Origin: Chiloscyllium plagiosum
Lineage: Eukaryota
Assembly (NCBI RefSeq): GCF_004010195.1
Contig: NC_057734.1
Span: forward strand, 11,038,404 to 11,102,403
Length of the DNA: 64,000 nucleotides
Reading direction: 5' to 3'
Shown here: one piece after another, positions 48,901 through 60,900 of the stretch
Position numbering within the stretch: the first letter of the stretch is position 1
How the letters are laid out: the number at the start of each line of letters is the position of its first letter
Program-made: the position numbers and the translations under genes
The notes under the pieces: model-generated
What the model saw: only the letters and a program-made list of their open reading frames with translations
What the model was told of the DNA's origin: nothing
The model's database searches: none

Positions 48901-50363
48901 AAGCACAGCATTTCAGGCAGCATCTGAGGAGTTGGGCTTAAGCCTGAAACATCAATTCCCCTGCTTCTCAGATGCTGCCTGACCTGCTGTGCTTTTCCAG
49001 CACCACACTCTCGACAATAATCAAGGTCAAACTTTCAACTATGAAAGACTTGAGAGTTGACTTTGGGCTAAATGCAATGAGGAGAAAGCAGAAATACTAC
49101 TTTCAACTGTGAATGTTAGTTAAGGGACCACAGACAGAGGTCTGGAAACTTCTTTATTGTGTGGGATCAGGAACTGACGTTCTGAAAGTATCTTCAACAT
49201 CTAAGTTAGGCAATAAGTTAAAAAGAACTTTCCTCTGAGCGTGCAAGCATGGTTTAAAACAAGTGTTTGCCATGGATCTCTTCTCAGAAAAGAAAGTGAG
49301 AATACAGTACACGTGAAATTCACACAGCCGTAAATATGATCTGCTAATTTCATAATATTACAATGATGGAGGAGTTCAAAAGTGCAGGATAACCATGGCA
49401 GCAGAATGCTCACAAAAGATGGAGGGATAATGCTGGATCCACGTTGTTATTTTATGCCCATCCCTTGATTTTAAGATGATTTATTTGTCATATGCTTGGA
49501 ACATTTTTAATGTTAGAATTAGTAAAGGAGCTGTAAGTGAAATCCTGTACAACATTTACTCATATTGGAATTGTGAAATAACTCCAGTATGAGTAAATGC
49601 TGTTGTCATAAAGTCCTGATCTCGCACTGTTACAGCAACAAGTGCTTGGATTCCTGAGTTACCAGGATGCATTTAAAGCAGAAACCCATTCAAGACAATG
49701 AAGAAATAGTGGAAGAACAATCACTGAAAACATTTCACCATCAATTGGGCAATACAGCATTTGAGATCTTTCCAGATCCATGAACTCAGATGGGTTGAAT
49801 GACATCCCTCTTCAGCAATATCAATATAGCAGTCTCTCTAGCACTGGGTGGCAGGAAAGAACTGCTTTTAGCAGTAGTTCAACTCAAATGAGATGATGCC
49901 CAATGTGCATCTGGTTTAGAAAACAGTAGAAGCCCTACAGAGCATGAGCCAGAGTCGCTGCTCAAGTCATACTGGTTTGTTTAAAGGAATTTGGGCTTTT
50001 GTAAATTTGTTCCACTCCAATATCTTAATCTGTACCTGAAAAATACTCCAGCTCTTTCTCCAACTGCAAAAATATGTCATCCGCCTCTGATTTGGTGAAT
50101 ATTTTGGTATAATCACAGTTCAGTCCCTCCGCTCTCAGCTGCTTCCAAGAACAGTCAGCATCTCTCAGCAAGCCCTGCTCGTTTAAGGGGGGTGTCAGTT
50201 CTGTTAATTCACTTTCACCTGTCCTGCTTTTCAGTTTCTTCCTTGGACTCTCTGCCATTGGATCATTCACTGCTTTACTATCCATCTGCTTTTGGACCTC
50301 ACACTGTTCTGACTTGGAATTGCCATAGTTCTTTGGTCGCCTGATGACAAACTTGTCCATCAT
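42609..50363 (-). CDS. ALKBH2: DNA oxidative demethylase ALKBH2, spliced CDS complement(join(42609-42921,47875-48073,50036-50363)), 279 aa
   Basis: 840 nt in frame. VQVFGKWHNIPRKQVTYGD, NFVLINRYKDGRDHIGEHRDDE (HxD Fe ligands), WYHSLPVRK, RINLTFR (2-oxoglutarate arginines). Confidence 0.96.
43100..43803 (+). mobile_element. CR1/HER1 LINE 3' fragment inserted into a pseudo-LTR
   Basis: LVRPLLQYCAQFWSP...LERVQKRFTRMLPGL plus tail; the pseudo-LTR is split across 43040-43097 and 43804-43850. Confidence 0.85.
46315..46850 (-). mobile_element. CR1/HER1 LINE 3' fragment
   Basis: Similar to 3818-4385 and 7268-7604. Confidence 0.8.
47875..48073 (-). CDS. ALKBH2: ALKBH2 middle coding exon
   Basis: tttttctcccaag|GT; EETKVQVFGKWHNIPRKQVTYGDLGLTYTYSG...NFVLINR; AG|gtga; 199 nt. 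Confidence 0.96.
48226..48452 (-). mobile_element. HE1 V-SINE (5'-truncated) nested in another SINE
   Basis: V-domain GTGGAGTTTGC.CATTCTCCCCGTGTCTGCGTGGGTTTCCTCCGGGTGCTCCGG and tail AGGGAATCTAATCTAA. Confidence 0.85.
48851..49015. mobile_element. Fold-back Penelope pseudo-LTR mini-element (internally deleted)
   Basis: GTCGAGAGTGTGGTGCTGGAAAAGCACAGCA paired with TGCTGTGCTTTTCCAGCACCACACTCTCGAC. Confidence 0.8.
50036..50363 (-). CDS. ALKBH2: ALKBH2 first coding exon (exon probably starts at acceptor 50423)
   Basis: MMDKFVIRRP...WKQLRAEGLNCDYTKIF...LEKELEYFS G|gtac; upstream ttttctgaacag acceptor. Confidence 0.93.
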
Positions 50364-50834
50364 TGCACCTGGTCACACTGAGCAGCACGATGGTGTTGAG
50401 TTAGAGTCACCTTCAGTAGCAATCTGTTCAGAAAACAGCACATGGCCATTATACACATGCCTGACTATAGTCTAAACTGCTTCAATGCAGTGTTTTGATT
50501 TGGCTTGTTTGTTTGTCCACTGAGATTCCTTGGAGTCATCAGTGGCATATTGTGCCCAAATCAAGTCAGTGAACTAGATGAGGCATCCGCTTCAATGCAA
50601 TCCCGCTCCCACATCTCCACTTACTGGACTCAAAACATTAAATCTGCCTTCTCTTCACAGATGCTGCCAGAACTACTGGGTTTCTCCAGAAATTCCTGGT
50701 TTTGTTTCCGATCTCCAACTTCCACAGTTATTTTAACCATGGTTACCTCTAAATGAAACTAAGTGGATAGAACATTAACACAAATTGCTAGAGAAACTCA
50801 GCAGGTCTGGGCGCATCTGTGGCGAGAAAGCAGA

Positions 50835-50872
50835 GTTAACGTTTCGAGTCCAGAATAACTCTTCTTCAGAAT
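50835..50872 (-). ncRNA. Minimal hammerhead motif in pseudo-LTR element (about 50780-50940) upstream of the ALKBH2 coding exon
   Basis: ATT-CTGAAGA-A-GAGTT(ATTCTG)GACTC-GAAAC-GTT-AAC. Confidence 0.65.
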
Positions 50873-51684
50873 GCAATCCCTCTAGCAACTTCTGTTTTTA
50901 TTTCAGATTTACTACATCCCCAGTCTTCGTTTTATTTCAATAACATCATCTCGTGGGCAATTAATTGTCAATTACAGAACAGCCCCACTTTGAATTTTAC
51001 TTCTCACTGAATTGAAGGCTACGGTTATTGCAAATTTATTTTGAATGCATGCTATTTCCTAACTTAAGCGGAATTTACCTTGACACTGAACTCCTCCTCC
51101 AAACCATATTACAAAGGTCCACTTCCTCTTTCCTGTTCCAGAGCACGTGTCCGGGATCAGCGAATCAACGCCCAACTTTCCTCTAAATGAACCCAGGGAA
51201 TGAATGGACAGCGATGAATGAACCTCGGGATAATTTGTTTAAATGCAATAACAAACGCTTTATCAAATAGTTTCGAATTCCACTCACAAACCCTCAATAC
51301 TCCGTTGTAGCCAAATAGATTAATGTCATTGGAATTTATTTTGACAAACTATTTCAACGAGTTGAAAGTACAGATTTTTATTCCTCCACTTACTCTTTTT
51401 TCCATTGTTAAATCGATTGGAATAAATATATTTTAAACTTGTAAGAGCTGATTATAAAGTACATGGGACATATCACTAGTATGGGGTTTTATTTAATTGA
51501 GATTGCAGTTAAATCTCTAGGGAAGATATGATATTTTGTGTAGGAGAAATGGTCTAATTGCCAGTAATTGTGCGAAACACATTTTGAGTGGTTTGCTATT
51601 TCCGTCGGGTTGATTTAACCAAGTTTCCCCAGTTGGGTCGTTTCCGGGGGAGGGGAAGTTTGCTAAATATTTTTGGTAGAAATC

Positions 51685-51720
51685 TTGTCCCCGCCCTCGG
51701 GATCTGGCGCGAAAAAAGCC
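51685..51720 (+). promoter_or_regulatory. UNG2 (PA) / ALKBH2 divergent promoter elements: GC box plus E2F site
   Basis: CCCCGCCC at 51689-51696 and GGCGCGAAAA (reverse TTTTCGCGCC, canonical E2F) at 51706-51715, about 100 nt upstream of the UNG2 ATG. Confidence 0.7.
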
Positions 51721-51817
51721 ATGCTAGTTAGACATCCTGAAAGGTTGCTGTGTCCGGGCTGAGCTTATTCACAATTCTGAAAATATTAACTCATTTGGAG
51801 GGAAACGGTTCTTCAAA

Positions 51818-51931
51818 ATGATCGGGCAGAAAACTATTGCATCTTATTTCGGTCCCGCGGCTAAAAAAAGAACTTTGTCTGAGGCTTCAGAGGAAAGTGT
51901 TGAGAATGGGAAGGACAATTATCAAGAGGAG
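51818..51931 (+). CDS. UNG: UNG exon 1A (nuclear UNG2 N-terminus)
   Basis: [22 protein letters not shown]...QEE; GAG|gtaat, phase 0. Confidence 0.93.
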
Positions 51932-54900
51932 GTAATTAAAAAGTCACTTTGTTATTCTCTCTATACAATTGGTGCCAGGCCCGCTGAGTCTCTCCAGCAC
52001 TGCATCGTTTTATTTCAGATAGTCAGCATTCGCAGTACTGTTTTTTTAAAGATATGATTTTAATAAAAAGTGTAAAATCGAAGCCAAATTGTGAACTAAA
52101 TCGAGTATTCTGTTGCTCTAACATATTTGAGTTTCAGATTAACCACACCTGCCTTTTGAAGAGTTTGAACTTTTCTTGAGTGAGGAGCGTTTTGCCGTTT
52201 GAGTAATTTAGAAAGTTTTCTGTAAAAATTCCCCCGATTCAGTTTGTTTTCCCCCCAGCTAGCCAGTTATATCTTCAGCGTGGTGTAATTTAATGATAGT
52301 TTTAATAAATCTTAATGTGGACTAATTTAGCAAATTAGACAAACTAATTGGAGTTCGGAGGTTTACGGATAAATTTATCCATAAACCCATTTGTATGGCA
52401 ACATGAACTTGATGAATTACAGGTAATTTATTCTATTAAAAGTGGCTTCTGGTTCTCCAAACACTTGTAGGTATTTTCTTTGTCTTTGCGAATGTTTCCA
52501 GATAAAATCTCAGTCTTTTCCTCCTTTTTAATCCAAAGTTGGCGGGAAAGATTGTTTGTGGAAGGGAATGTTACAAGAAGGAGGCGGGGCCGGCCAATGG
52601 GAGCGCGGAGGTGGGGCCGAAATGGAATGTGGCGAGCAGCAGGGGCGGGGTTTGCGAATATCTCCCGCGGCTTCTGCCGGTTAGAATGAGGGTCCTGTGG
52701 TCACTCAGTGCCGCTGGGCCCCGGCTCTACCCCCGCTTGACCCGTCTGTTCTCTTTCGGTGACCAGGAACACAATGGCATGAGGACCCCGGTCAAGAGGC
52801 TGAAGGCTGGCCCGGACGGAGAGGAAGCGCCGGTGGTCAAGCCCAGCTCCCCGCTCAGCCCCGAGCAGCTGTCCCGCATCGAGAGGAACAAACAGGCGGC
52901 CCTGCAGAGACTCGCTGCCCGCAACGTGCCCCCGGGCTTTGGGGAGAGCTGGAAGAGCGAGCTGCTGATGGAGTTCAGCAAACCGTACTTTATCAAGGTT
53001 GGGAGGGGCAAGGCTTTTCTTTTCAATCGGCAACACCCTCCTCGCACAACAGAAGCTTGACACTTGCAGTTCCCAAGTAGAGGTCTAACTAACTGCTGCT
53101 AAGTTTCTCTCTCCACAGTATTCCCAGGCCTGCTGAATTTCTACAACACTTTCCTGCCCCTCTTTTTAAATATTTCAACCCGTCTTCGCTCTTTAAAATC
53201 TATACTCATTTTAAACCTGTGGTATTCCTCTCTTTGTCTATTTCTAATAATTCATCAACTTCCAACATTTGGTGCTCTCGCCAGTGACCTTTGACTTGTT
53301 TGGGGTGGCTCAGTGGTTAACCCTGCTGCCTCTCAGCACCAGGGACCTGGATTTGTCTGTGTGGAGGTTACACATTCTCTCAGTGTCTGCGTGGGTTTCC
53401 TCCCACGGTCCAAAGATGTGCAGGTTAAGTGAATTGGCTGTGGTAAATTGCCCATCGTGTTCAGGGATGTGCAGGTTAGGTGTGTTAGTCAGGGGTAAAT
53501 GTAGGCTTGGTGAACAGGTCTGGGTGGGTTTACTCGTCAGAGTCGGTGTGGACTTATTGGCCCAAAGGGCCTGTTTCCATATAGTAGGGAATCTAATCAA
53601 GTCCACACCGACCCACCAAAGAGAAACCCACCCAGACCCATTCCCCTACCCTATTTTCCTATATTCAACCCTGACTAATGCACCTAACCTGCACATCCCT
53701 GAACACGATGGGCAATTCACCTGACATCTTTGGATTGTGGGAGGAAACCGGAGCAAACCCATTCAGACACGGGGAGAATGTACAAACTCCATACAGACAG
53801 GTGCCCAAGGCTGGAATCGAACCTGGGACCCTGGCGCTGTGAGGCAGCAGTGCTAACCACTAAGCCGTCCCACTTGTTAGGCAGAAGGGCCTGTTTCCAC
53901 AATCTAGGGATTCTTTACAGACCATGGCAGCACCCTGTTTTTTTTGATTTTCAGCGTTTGCAGTATTTATTAATATTTCTGGAGAGTCCAAAATGCAGTT
54001 CTTGGAAGTGGGTTTTTTTTTAAATAAAAGGGTTAGTCATTCATTTTCAAGATCCGGTTGTTTACTGACAAGACTGTGATTAATGAGATCAACCACTTTT
54101 CAGAGGCTACTGTTTTAGACCAGGTGTGTGTTTATAACTAGATCAGTAAATGAGAAGAGATTTGCATTTATATGGCACTGTGCTTGCCTCCTATCTGAGT
54201 CAAAATGTTTTTCAGCCAAAGAAGGACTTTAAGTGTAATCCCTACTGTAATGTAGGACATGTAGCAATCAATTTTCATACAGCAGGCCCCTTCAAATACT
54301 AATGTGGTGATTGTGTTTTTTGGTAATGTTGATCAAGGGATGGGTATTGGCTGGGATACCAGGGCCAGTTCCTGTGCTCCTGTTTGAAATAGTGACAAAG
54401 CCTCCGCTTACAGTAGCGCACTCCCTCTGTGCTGACTGGAGTAGCAGCATCAACCTCTGTGCTGATGTTTTCGAGTAGGACTTGAGCTTGGATCTTTCTG
54501 ACTTGGAGGTGAGTGTGGTCGGTTGCTGTCAAGCCAGAATGAGGTGTCAGAGGGTCATGGCAGTCAGTTTGTGTTTTACGCCACACCCAGCACAGCATGT
54601 TCTCCTTGCCTCCAAGTTTGAAATCCGAGAAGGGTCCACTTGGTTGTTGGGCTGGGTAGGATGGGATGGTGTCCATGGATGATTTGGGGTAATTCTATCA
54701 GAATAGTGTTGGATTAGATTCCCTAGAGTGTGGAAACAGGCCCTTCGACCCAACCAGTCTACACAGACCCTCCGAAGAGTAACCCACCCAGACGTATTTC
54801 CCTCTGACTAATGCACCTAACACTATGGGCAATTTGGTAAAAACAATGACTGCAGATGTTGTAAACCAGATTCTGGATTAGAGTGGTGCTGGAAAAGCAC

Positions 54901-57900
54901 AGCAGGTCAGACGGCATCCAAGGAGGCATTCTTCCTCCAGGCGTCGGGTGGTGAGGGAGCGGCGGTGGAGGACCTCTATGTCCTCGGCAGAGGGGGAGTT
55001 GAAATGTTGGACCACAGGGCGGTGTGGTTTATTGGTGCAGGTGTCCCAGAGATGTTCCCTAAAGCGCTCTGCTAGGATGCGTCCAGTCACCCCAATGTAG
55101 AGGAGACCGCATCGGGAGCAACGGATACAATAAATGGTATTAGTGGATGTGCAGGTAAAACTTTGATGGATGTGGAAGGCTCCTTTAGGGCCTTGGATGG
55201 AGGAGGTGTGGGCGCAGGTTTTGCAATTCCTGCGGTGGCAGGGGAAGATGCCAGGACTGGAGGGTGGGTTGTAGGGGGATGTGGACCTGACCAGGTAGTC
55301 GCGGAGGGAACAGTCTTTGCGGAAGGCGGAAAGGGGTGGGGAGGGAAATATATCCCTGGTGGTGGAAATGTTGGCGGATGATTTGGTTTATCCGAACGTT
55401 GGTAGGGTGGAAGGTGAGCACCAGGGGCGTTCTGTCCTTGTTATGGTTGGAGGGGTGGGGTCTGAGGGCAGAGGTGCGGGATGTGGACGAGATGCGTTGG
55501 AGGGCATCTTTAACCATGTGGGAAGGGAAATTGCGGTCTCTAAAGGANNNNNNNNNNNNNNNNNNNNNNNNNNNNNNNNNNNNNNNNNNNNNNNNNNNNN
55601 NNNNNNNNNNNNNNNNNNNNNNNNNNNNNNNNNNNNNNNNNNNNNNNNNNNNNNNNNNNNNNNNNNNNNNNNNNNNNNNNNNNNNNNNNNNNNNNNNNNN
55701 NNNNNNNNNNNNNNNNNNNNNNNNNNNNNNNNNNNNNNNNNNNNNNNNNNNNNNNNNNNNNNNNNNNNNNNNNNNNNNNNNNNNNNNNNNNNNNNNNNNN
55801 NNNNNNNNNNNNNNNNNNNNNNNNNNNNNNNNNNNNNNNNNNNNNNNNNNNNNNNNNNNNNNNNNNNNNNNNNNNNNNNNNNNNNNNNNNNNNNNNNNNN
55901 NNNNNNNNNNNNNNNNNNNNNNNNNNNNNNNNNNNNNNNNNNNNNNNNNNNNNNNNNNNNNNNNNNNNNNNNNNNNNNNNNNNNNNNNNNNNNNNNNNNN
56001 NNNNNNNNNNNNNNNNNNNNNNNNNNNNNNNCAGGCTTGTGGATCTTGGGAAGGAGGTAGGACCGGCCCGTGCAGGGTTCCCGGACTGAGGTTGGAAGCT
56101 CTGGGTGAGAGATCTCCTGAGATGATGAGGTTCTATATGGTCTGGGAGATTATGGTTTGGTGATTGGGGGGTGGGGGGGGGTCATGGTCGAGGGAACGGT
56201 AGGAGGAGGTGTCCTCGAGTTGGCGTCTGGCTTCAGCGGTGTAGAGGTCAGTGTGCCAGACTACCACTGCACCCCCTTTATCTGCTGGCTTGATGGTGAG
56301 GTTCGGATTGGAGGGCTGCACGTTGTGAAGGTGAGAGGTTGGAGTGGGGGGAGGGGGGTTGACAGGTTGAGGCGGTTAATGTCCCGGTGGCAGTTGGAAA
56401 TGAAGAGATCAAGGATGGATAATAGGCCAGCGCGGGGTGTCCAGGTGGATGCAGTGTGTTGGAGGTGGGCGGGAGTCCTGATTGTGAAAGTAAGCTCGGT
56501 GGCGGTGGAAGAAGTGTTCGATGTCACGACGTGTACTAAATTAATTGATGCTTGGAGGAGGGGGGATGAAGGTGAATCCTTGGCCATGCCAAATTGTCCA
56601 TAGTCTAATTCACCTGACCTGCACATCTTTGGGCTGTGGGAGGAAACCAGAGCACCCGGAGGAATCCTACGCAGAATGTGCAAACTCCACACACAGTCGC
56701 CTGAGGCTGAAATCGAACCTGGGACCTTGGTGCTGTGAGGCAGCAGTGCTAACCACTGAGCCACCGTGCGAATTGCAGACAGAAAAATAAATGAACAGAT
56801 GAATGCACAGAGATGTAAAGCAGCAACCCTATCTGATGCACATGTTTAAATGTACTGTTTGTTTGCAGCTGATGGGATTTATAGTGTCAGAGAGGAGGCG
56901 GTGCACAGTTTACCCACCACCTCATGAAGTCTTCACGTGGACAGAGATGTGTAACTTCCATGATGTAAGTAATGTAAATGCTTGTTGAAAAGTGATTTGA
57001 ATTGTAACTTGCAGCAGGTTGGAAGATTATCAGCAAAGTAGAGGAGAGCCCTTACATGAAACTTTGCCATTTTTAAGGCAATCAGCATTGTATGCATTTC
57101 AGGAACTAATGGTAAAGCATTGAGTTTTGAACCAGAAGGAATTGCACTGTTGTGCAAGTATGACGTTTCCATTTGCTTTAACCTGTGACACCGAGGGGTA
57201 ATTTTGAACTCCAGCTTCCATCAGGAAGCTGGCTTCTATTTACCACCCCCTCTCCAGTTCCTTCAGGAATAAAAACTGAAAATGTATGTCCAGGAGGAAA
57301 AAAGTTTCTTCGTAAACCCTATTAACCACAAAATCCTTTTGTCTGATTTAAGGCTGCAGCACTTTCTCTTTCTGATTTTTCAGCATGTTTCTTGTTTCTT
57401 CATGCTGTCTCATCAGTCCACTGGGTTTAACTCTGTTATGGGCCAGGCCAGACCTCCTCAAAACGTTTCAAGAAAGTAGCACGGACCCTAACTTAAGCAG
57501 ATGTATTGCGGATATTCCAGGAGCGATGTCATTGGTTAAACCGTTTTAGTTTCAAACAAATCAGAATTTATTTACAAGATTACCAAATGAAACACAAGAA
57601 CAGAATACTGCATAGCTTAACCCATCTGAAAACCCAACAGATCACCCAACTTCGTGATGCTGTTCCAAATACTTGTAACAATCCCCATAAATGCTTCTTT
57701 TTACAAAAGGTCAAATCAAACACAGGGTCTTGCTGGAGAGCGGAGGATCCACCTGGACCTGCTGCATTGGGTCCAGCAGCTTTTTCAGCTGTACTGCTAA
57801 GCACCAAACCAGAGAGAAGCTGAGCTGGGAGAATTGGCCACACCCCTTTCATTATATAAGTGTTTTATTTTTAACTTGAAAGCCTTCTGCCTGAGGCAGT

Positions 57901-60900
57901 ATCTGTTAGCTATAATCAAACTGGCCCTGAAACCCTTCAACCCCAGACCTTTCGGAGTCTGTGTCTTTTAGGACCTGTGGCGGGAGGGGAGTGCCAAGGA
58001 CAGCATAATCTTGTTAGAGGAGCAGCATCACAACTCTTCAGTTACTTTGGGATTTCCTTTGATGTTTGACTTGTCTCGTGTGAACTATGACTGAGGTACT
58101 TGTGGAAACTGGGAGCTGGCCTTGTCACTGGTGTCAATATCTAATGGAACAGCAATGAGAAATGCACTCCCTCTTCCCCCAGACTAACCTGAGCTACTAT
58201 AAGGTTATTGGGGAGTTGCATCTATTTCTTTGACACTGGACCTTCCCATTTGAAGGGAATGTAGCCTGTAGTTGCACTGTGGTTTATTGTTGAAGTGTGG
58301 TGCTGGAAAAGCACAGCAGGTCAGGCAGCGTCAGAGGAGCAAGAGAGTCAATGTTTTGAGCATAAGCCCTTCATCAGAATGTGTCGGGGGGAACCGGCTG
58401 CGACAGGGTGTGGGGGATGTGGTTGGGAAGGCAATAGGTAGATGCGGGTGGTGCGGATAGGTGGGAAGGAGATGGCAGGAGGGTGGTGCTGACTTAGAGG
58501 GTTGGATCTGGGATGAGGTGTGGGGAGGGGAGATGAGAAAACTGGTGAAGTTGATGTTGATCCTATCTGATTGGAAAGTCCCAAGGTGAAACATGAATCG
58601 TTCTTCCTCCAGGTATCAGGTAGTGAAGGGGGCGGGGGTTTGCATGTCCTTGGAGGAGTTGAAATGTTTGGCCAAACGGCAGTTGGGTTTTGGGTGAGTG
58701 TTTCCCAGAGGTGTTCCCTGAAATGCTCCGCGAGTTGGCATCCTGCCTCCCCAGTGTAGAGGAGACCACATCTATTGTGCCTGTTGCTCTCAATGAGGTG
58801 TATGGATGTGCAGGATATCTGTAGTTTGCACCTCTTGCAGTTGCAAGGGAAGGTACTAGGAATGGAGGGTGGGTTGGTGGGGGGTCTGAACCTAACTAGG
58901 GAGATGCGGGGGGAATGGTCTCTGTGGAACGCTGGTAGGGATGGGGAGGGAAATATATCTCTGGGGTCTGACCATTGGTGGCAGAAATGGTGAAAGATGA
59001 CCTGTATCTGAAGATGAGGTGGGGGAGGGTTGGTGGTGAAAGGGGAGGACTGGGGGTCCTATCCTTGGAGGAAGAACACCTCCATCTTCTGCCTTGGGAC
59101 TCTCCAATTACACTGCATCAATGTAGATTTCATCAACTTCTCCATCTCCCCTCCAACCCGACACCACCCTCTTTAAGTGTCCTACCTGTCCATCTTCATT
59201 CCCCCTCCCCTCTGAACCTATCACTGTCACCCTTCCCACCTTCATCCACCTATCGCCTTCCCAGCTCCCTTTCTTCTCCAACCCAGTATTTATCTGTGTC
59301 CCCTCACCCCATTCCCCACCTATCCCTGAAACATCAACTCTCCTGCTCCTTGGATACTGCCTGACATCCATGTTTCTAGTGTCCCACTTTTTGACTGATC
59401 TCCCTCACCTGCAGTCCTCAGTGTGGTTTATTGACTTGGTTTAGGGCCATGGGTTGAAACATTGGGGCAACCTTCATTTGTTTTTCTTGGAGAATGCGGG
59501 AAGTTTATAAATTCAGACTAGCTTAATGGTGGCAATGTTAAATGCTGAACATGAGGGTTGTTCAATGTTACACTATTATTCTACACTCTTGAGGTAAGTG
59601 GCAGCTTTGTGTTTTGTGTCTAGGTGAAGGTGGTTATTCTTGGCCAGGACCCGTACCATGGACCGAATCAGGCCCACGGACTGTGCTTCAGTGTAAAGCG
59701 CCCAGTGCCACCTCCCCCCAGGTATGTCATTGCCTCGTGCACACTCTGTGTCTGAGGAAGTACTTTTTGACTATTGGGTTCTATCTCTAACCTGCTTCAA
59801 CACTTCTTGGAATATTAGAAGTGTAACTGTTTGATCAGTAAATCTCCTTCGCAGATTGGGTAAGGTGTTACAATTCTTAGATTGCCATTGTCTGAGGTAG
59901 ACCAAGCAGGTATGTGGTTTTAATTTTCCTGATGGCATACCCAGTTTTCAGTAAGAAAAGCCCATTGGCTGCATTGAGCCTGCCCTATGCTGGTGAAAGT
60001 CTGAACATTGATTTGTAGGTATCCCCTCTTCCTCAACCCCTTTTTATCACTAGGATAGAGCTGAAAATGTGTTGCTGGAAAAGCGGAGCAGGTCAGGCAG
60101 CATCCAAGGAACAGGAGAATCGACGTTTCGGGCATAAGCCCTTCTTCAGGAATGAGGAAAGTGTGTCCAGCAGGCTAAGATAAAAGGTAGGGAGGAGGGA
60201 CTTGGGGGAGGGGTGTTGGAATTGTGATTAGGTGGAGGGAGGTCAAGGTGAGGGTGATAGGCCGGAGTGGGGTGGGGGCGGAGAGGTCAGGAAAAAGATT
60301 GCAGCTTAAGAAGGCAGTGCTGAGTTCAGGACAACTAGAGAAAAATTACTGTGTATCAAATCCCCAGTCCCATCCACAATTGAAGCCAGCTCAGATGTGT
60401 ATGTTAACTAAAGTTGCTACCTTTTTTGTGTGTATGTCAGATGTTTGGTAGCCAGCAATTGGAGACCTAGAAGCAGCCTCTGATTTTAGGCACGGCAGTT
60501 GGTTGTCTTGTCCCCTGGTTCAGGGAAGTTGACAAAGCTCTTGTCCCTTGTCACCATCCAGTGCCACCTGCAGCTTTGTGCTGGATGTTGGCAGAGGATC
60601 CTTTCTGACTTTGCCCTTTCTTCATAGTTCACCAACCTGAATCTGAAAGGTAGTTGGTTATAGGGCAGCTCTCTGCAATAACCCAGTGTGATCCTGAGTG
60701 TAAACTGAATGACCCTGCCCTTATTTTTATTTAAGTGGGGCTTTGGAAGCAGGGTTTCTAGATGTGCCATGATAGAATGGCAGAGAAGACTCTGTGGGCT
60801 GAATAGCCTAATGTCTGCTTCAGTGGTCTTGTGCCCATCCTGAGTAGAGAGGGAACTTAATAAGTATGATTTGTCCTTTTTGTAACCTCTCAATCCCAAA

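Noticed and set aside
52539-52685. N-terminal extension of UNG1 from a TTG start
   Set aside because: The TTG lies inside the E2F site and the extension covers promoter elements; ATG 52686 gives a plausible presequence
52701-53063. Antisense ORFs over UNG exon 1B (also over the USP30 last exon, 34409-34720)
   Set aside because: Shadow ORFs of GC-rich coding sequence with no independent motif
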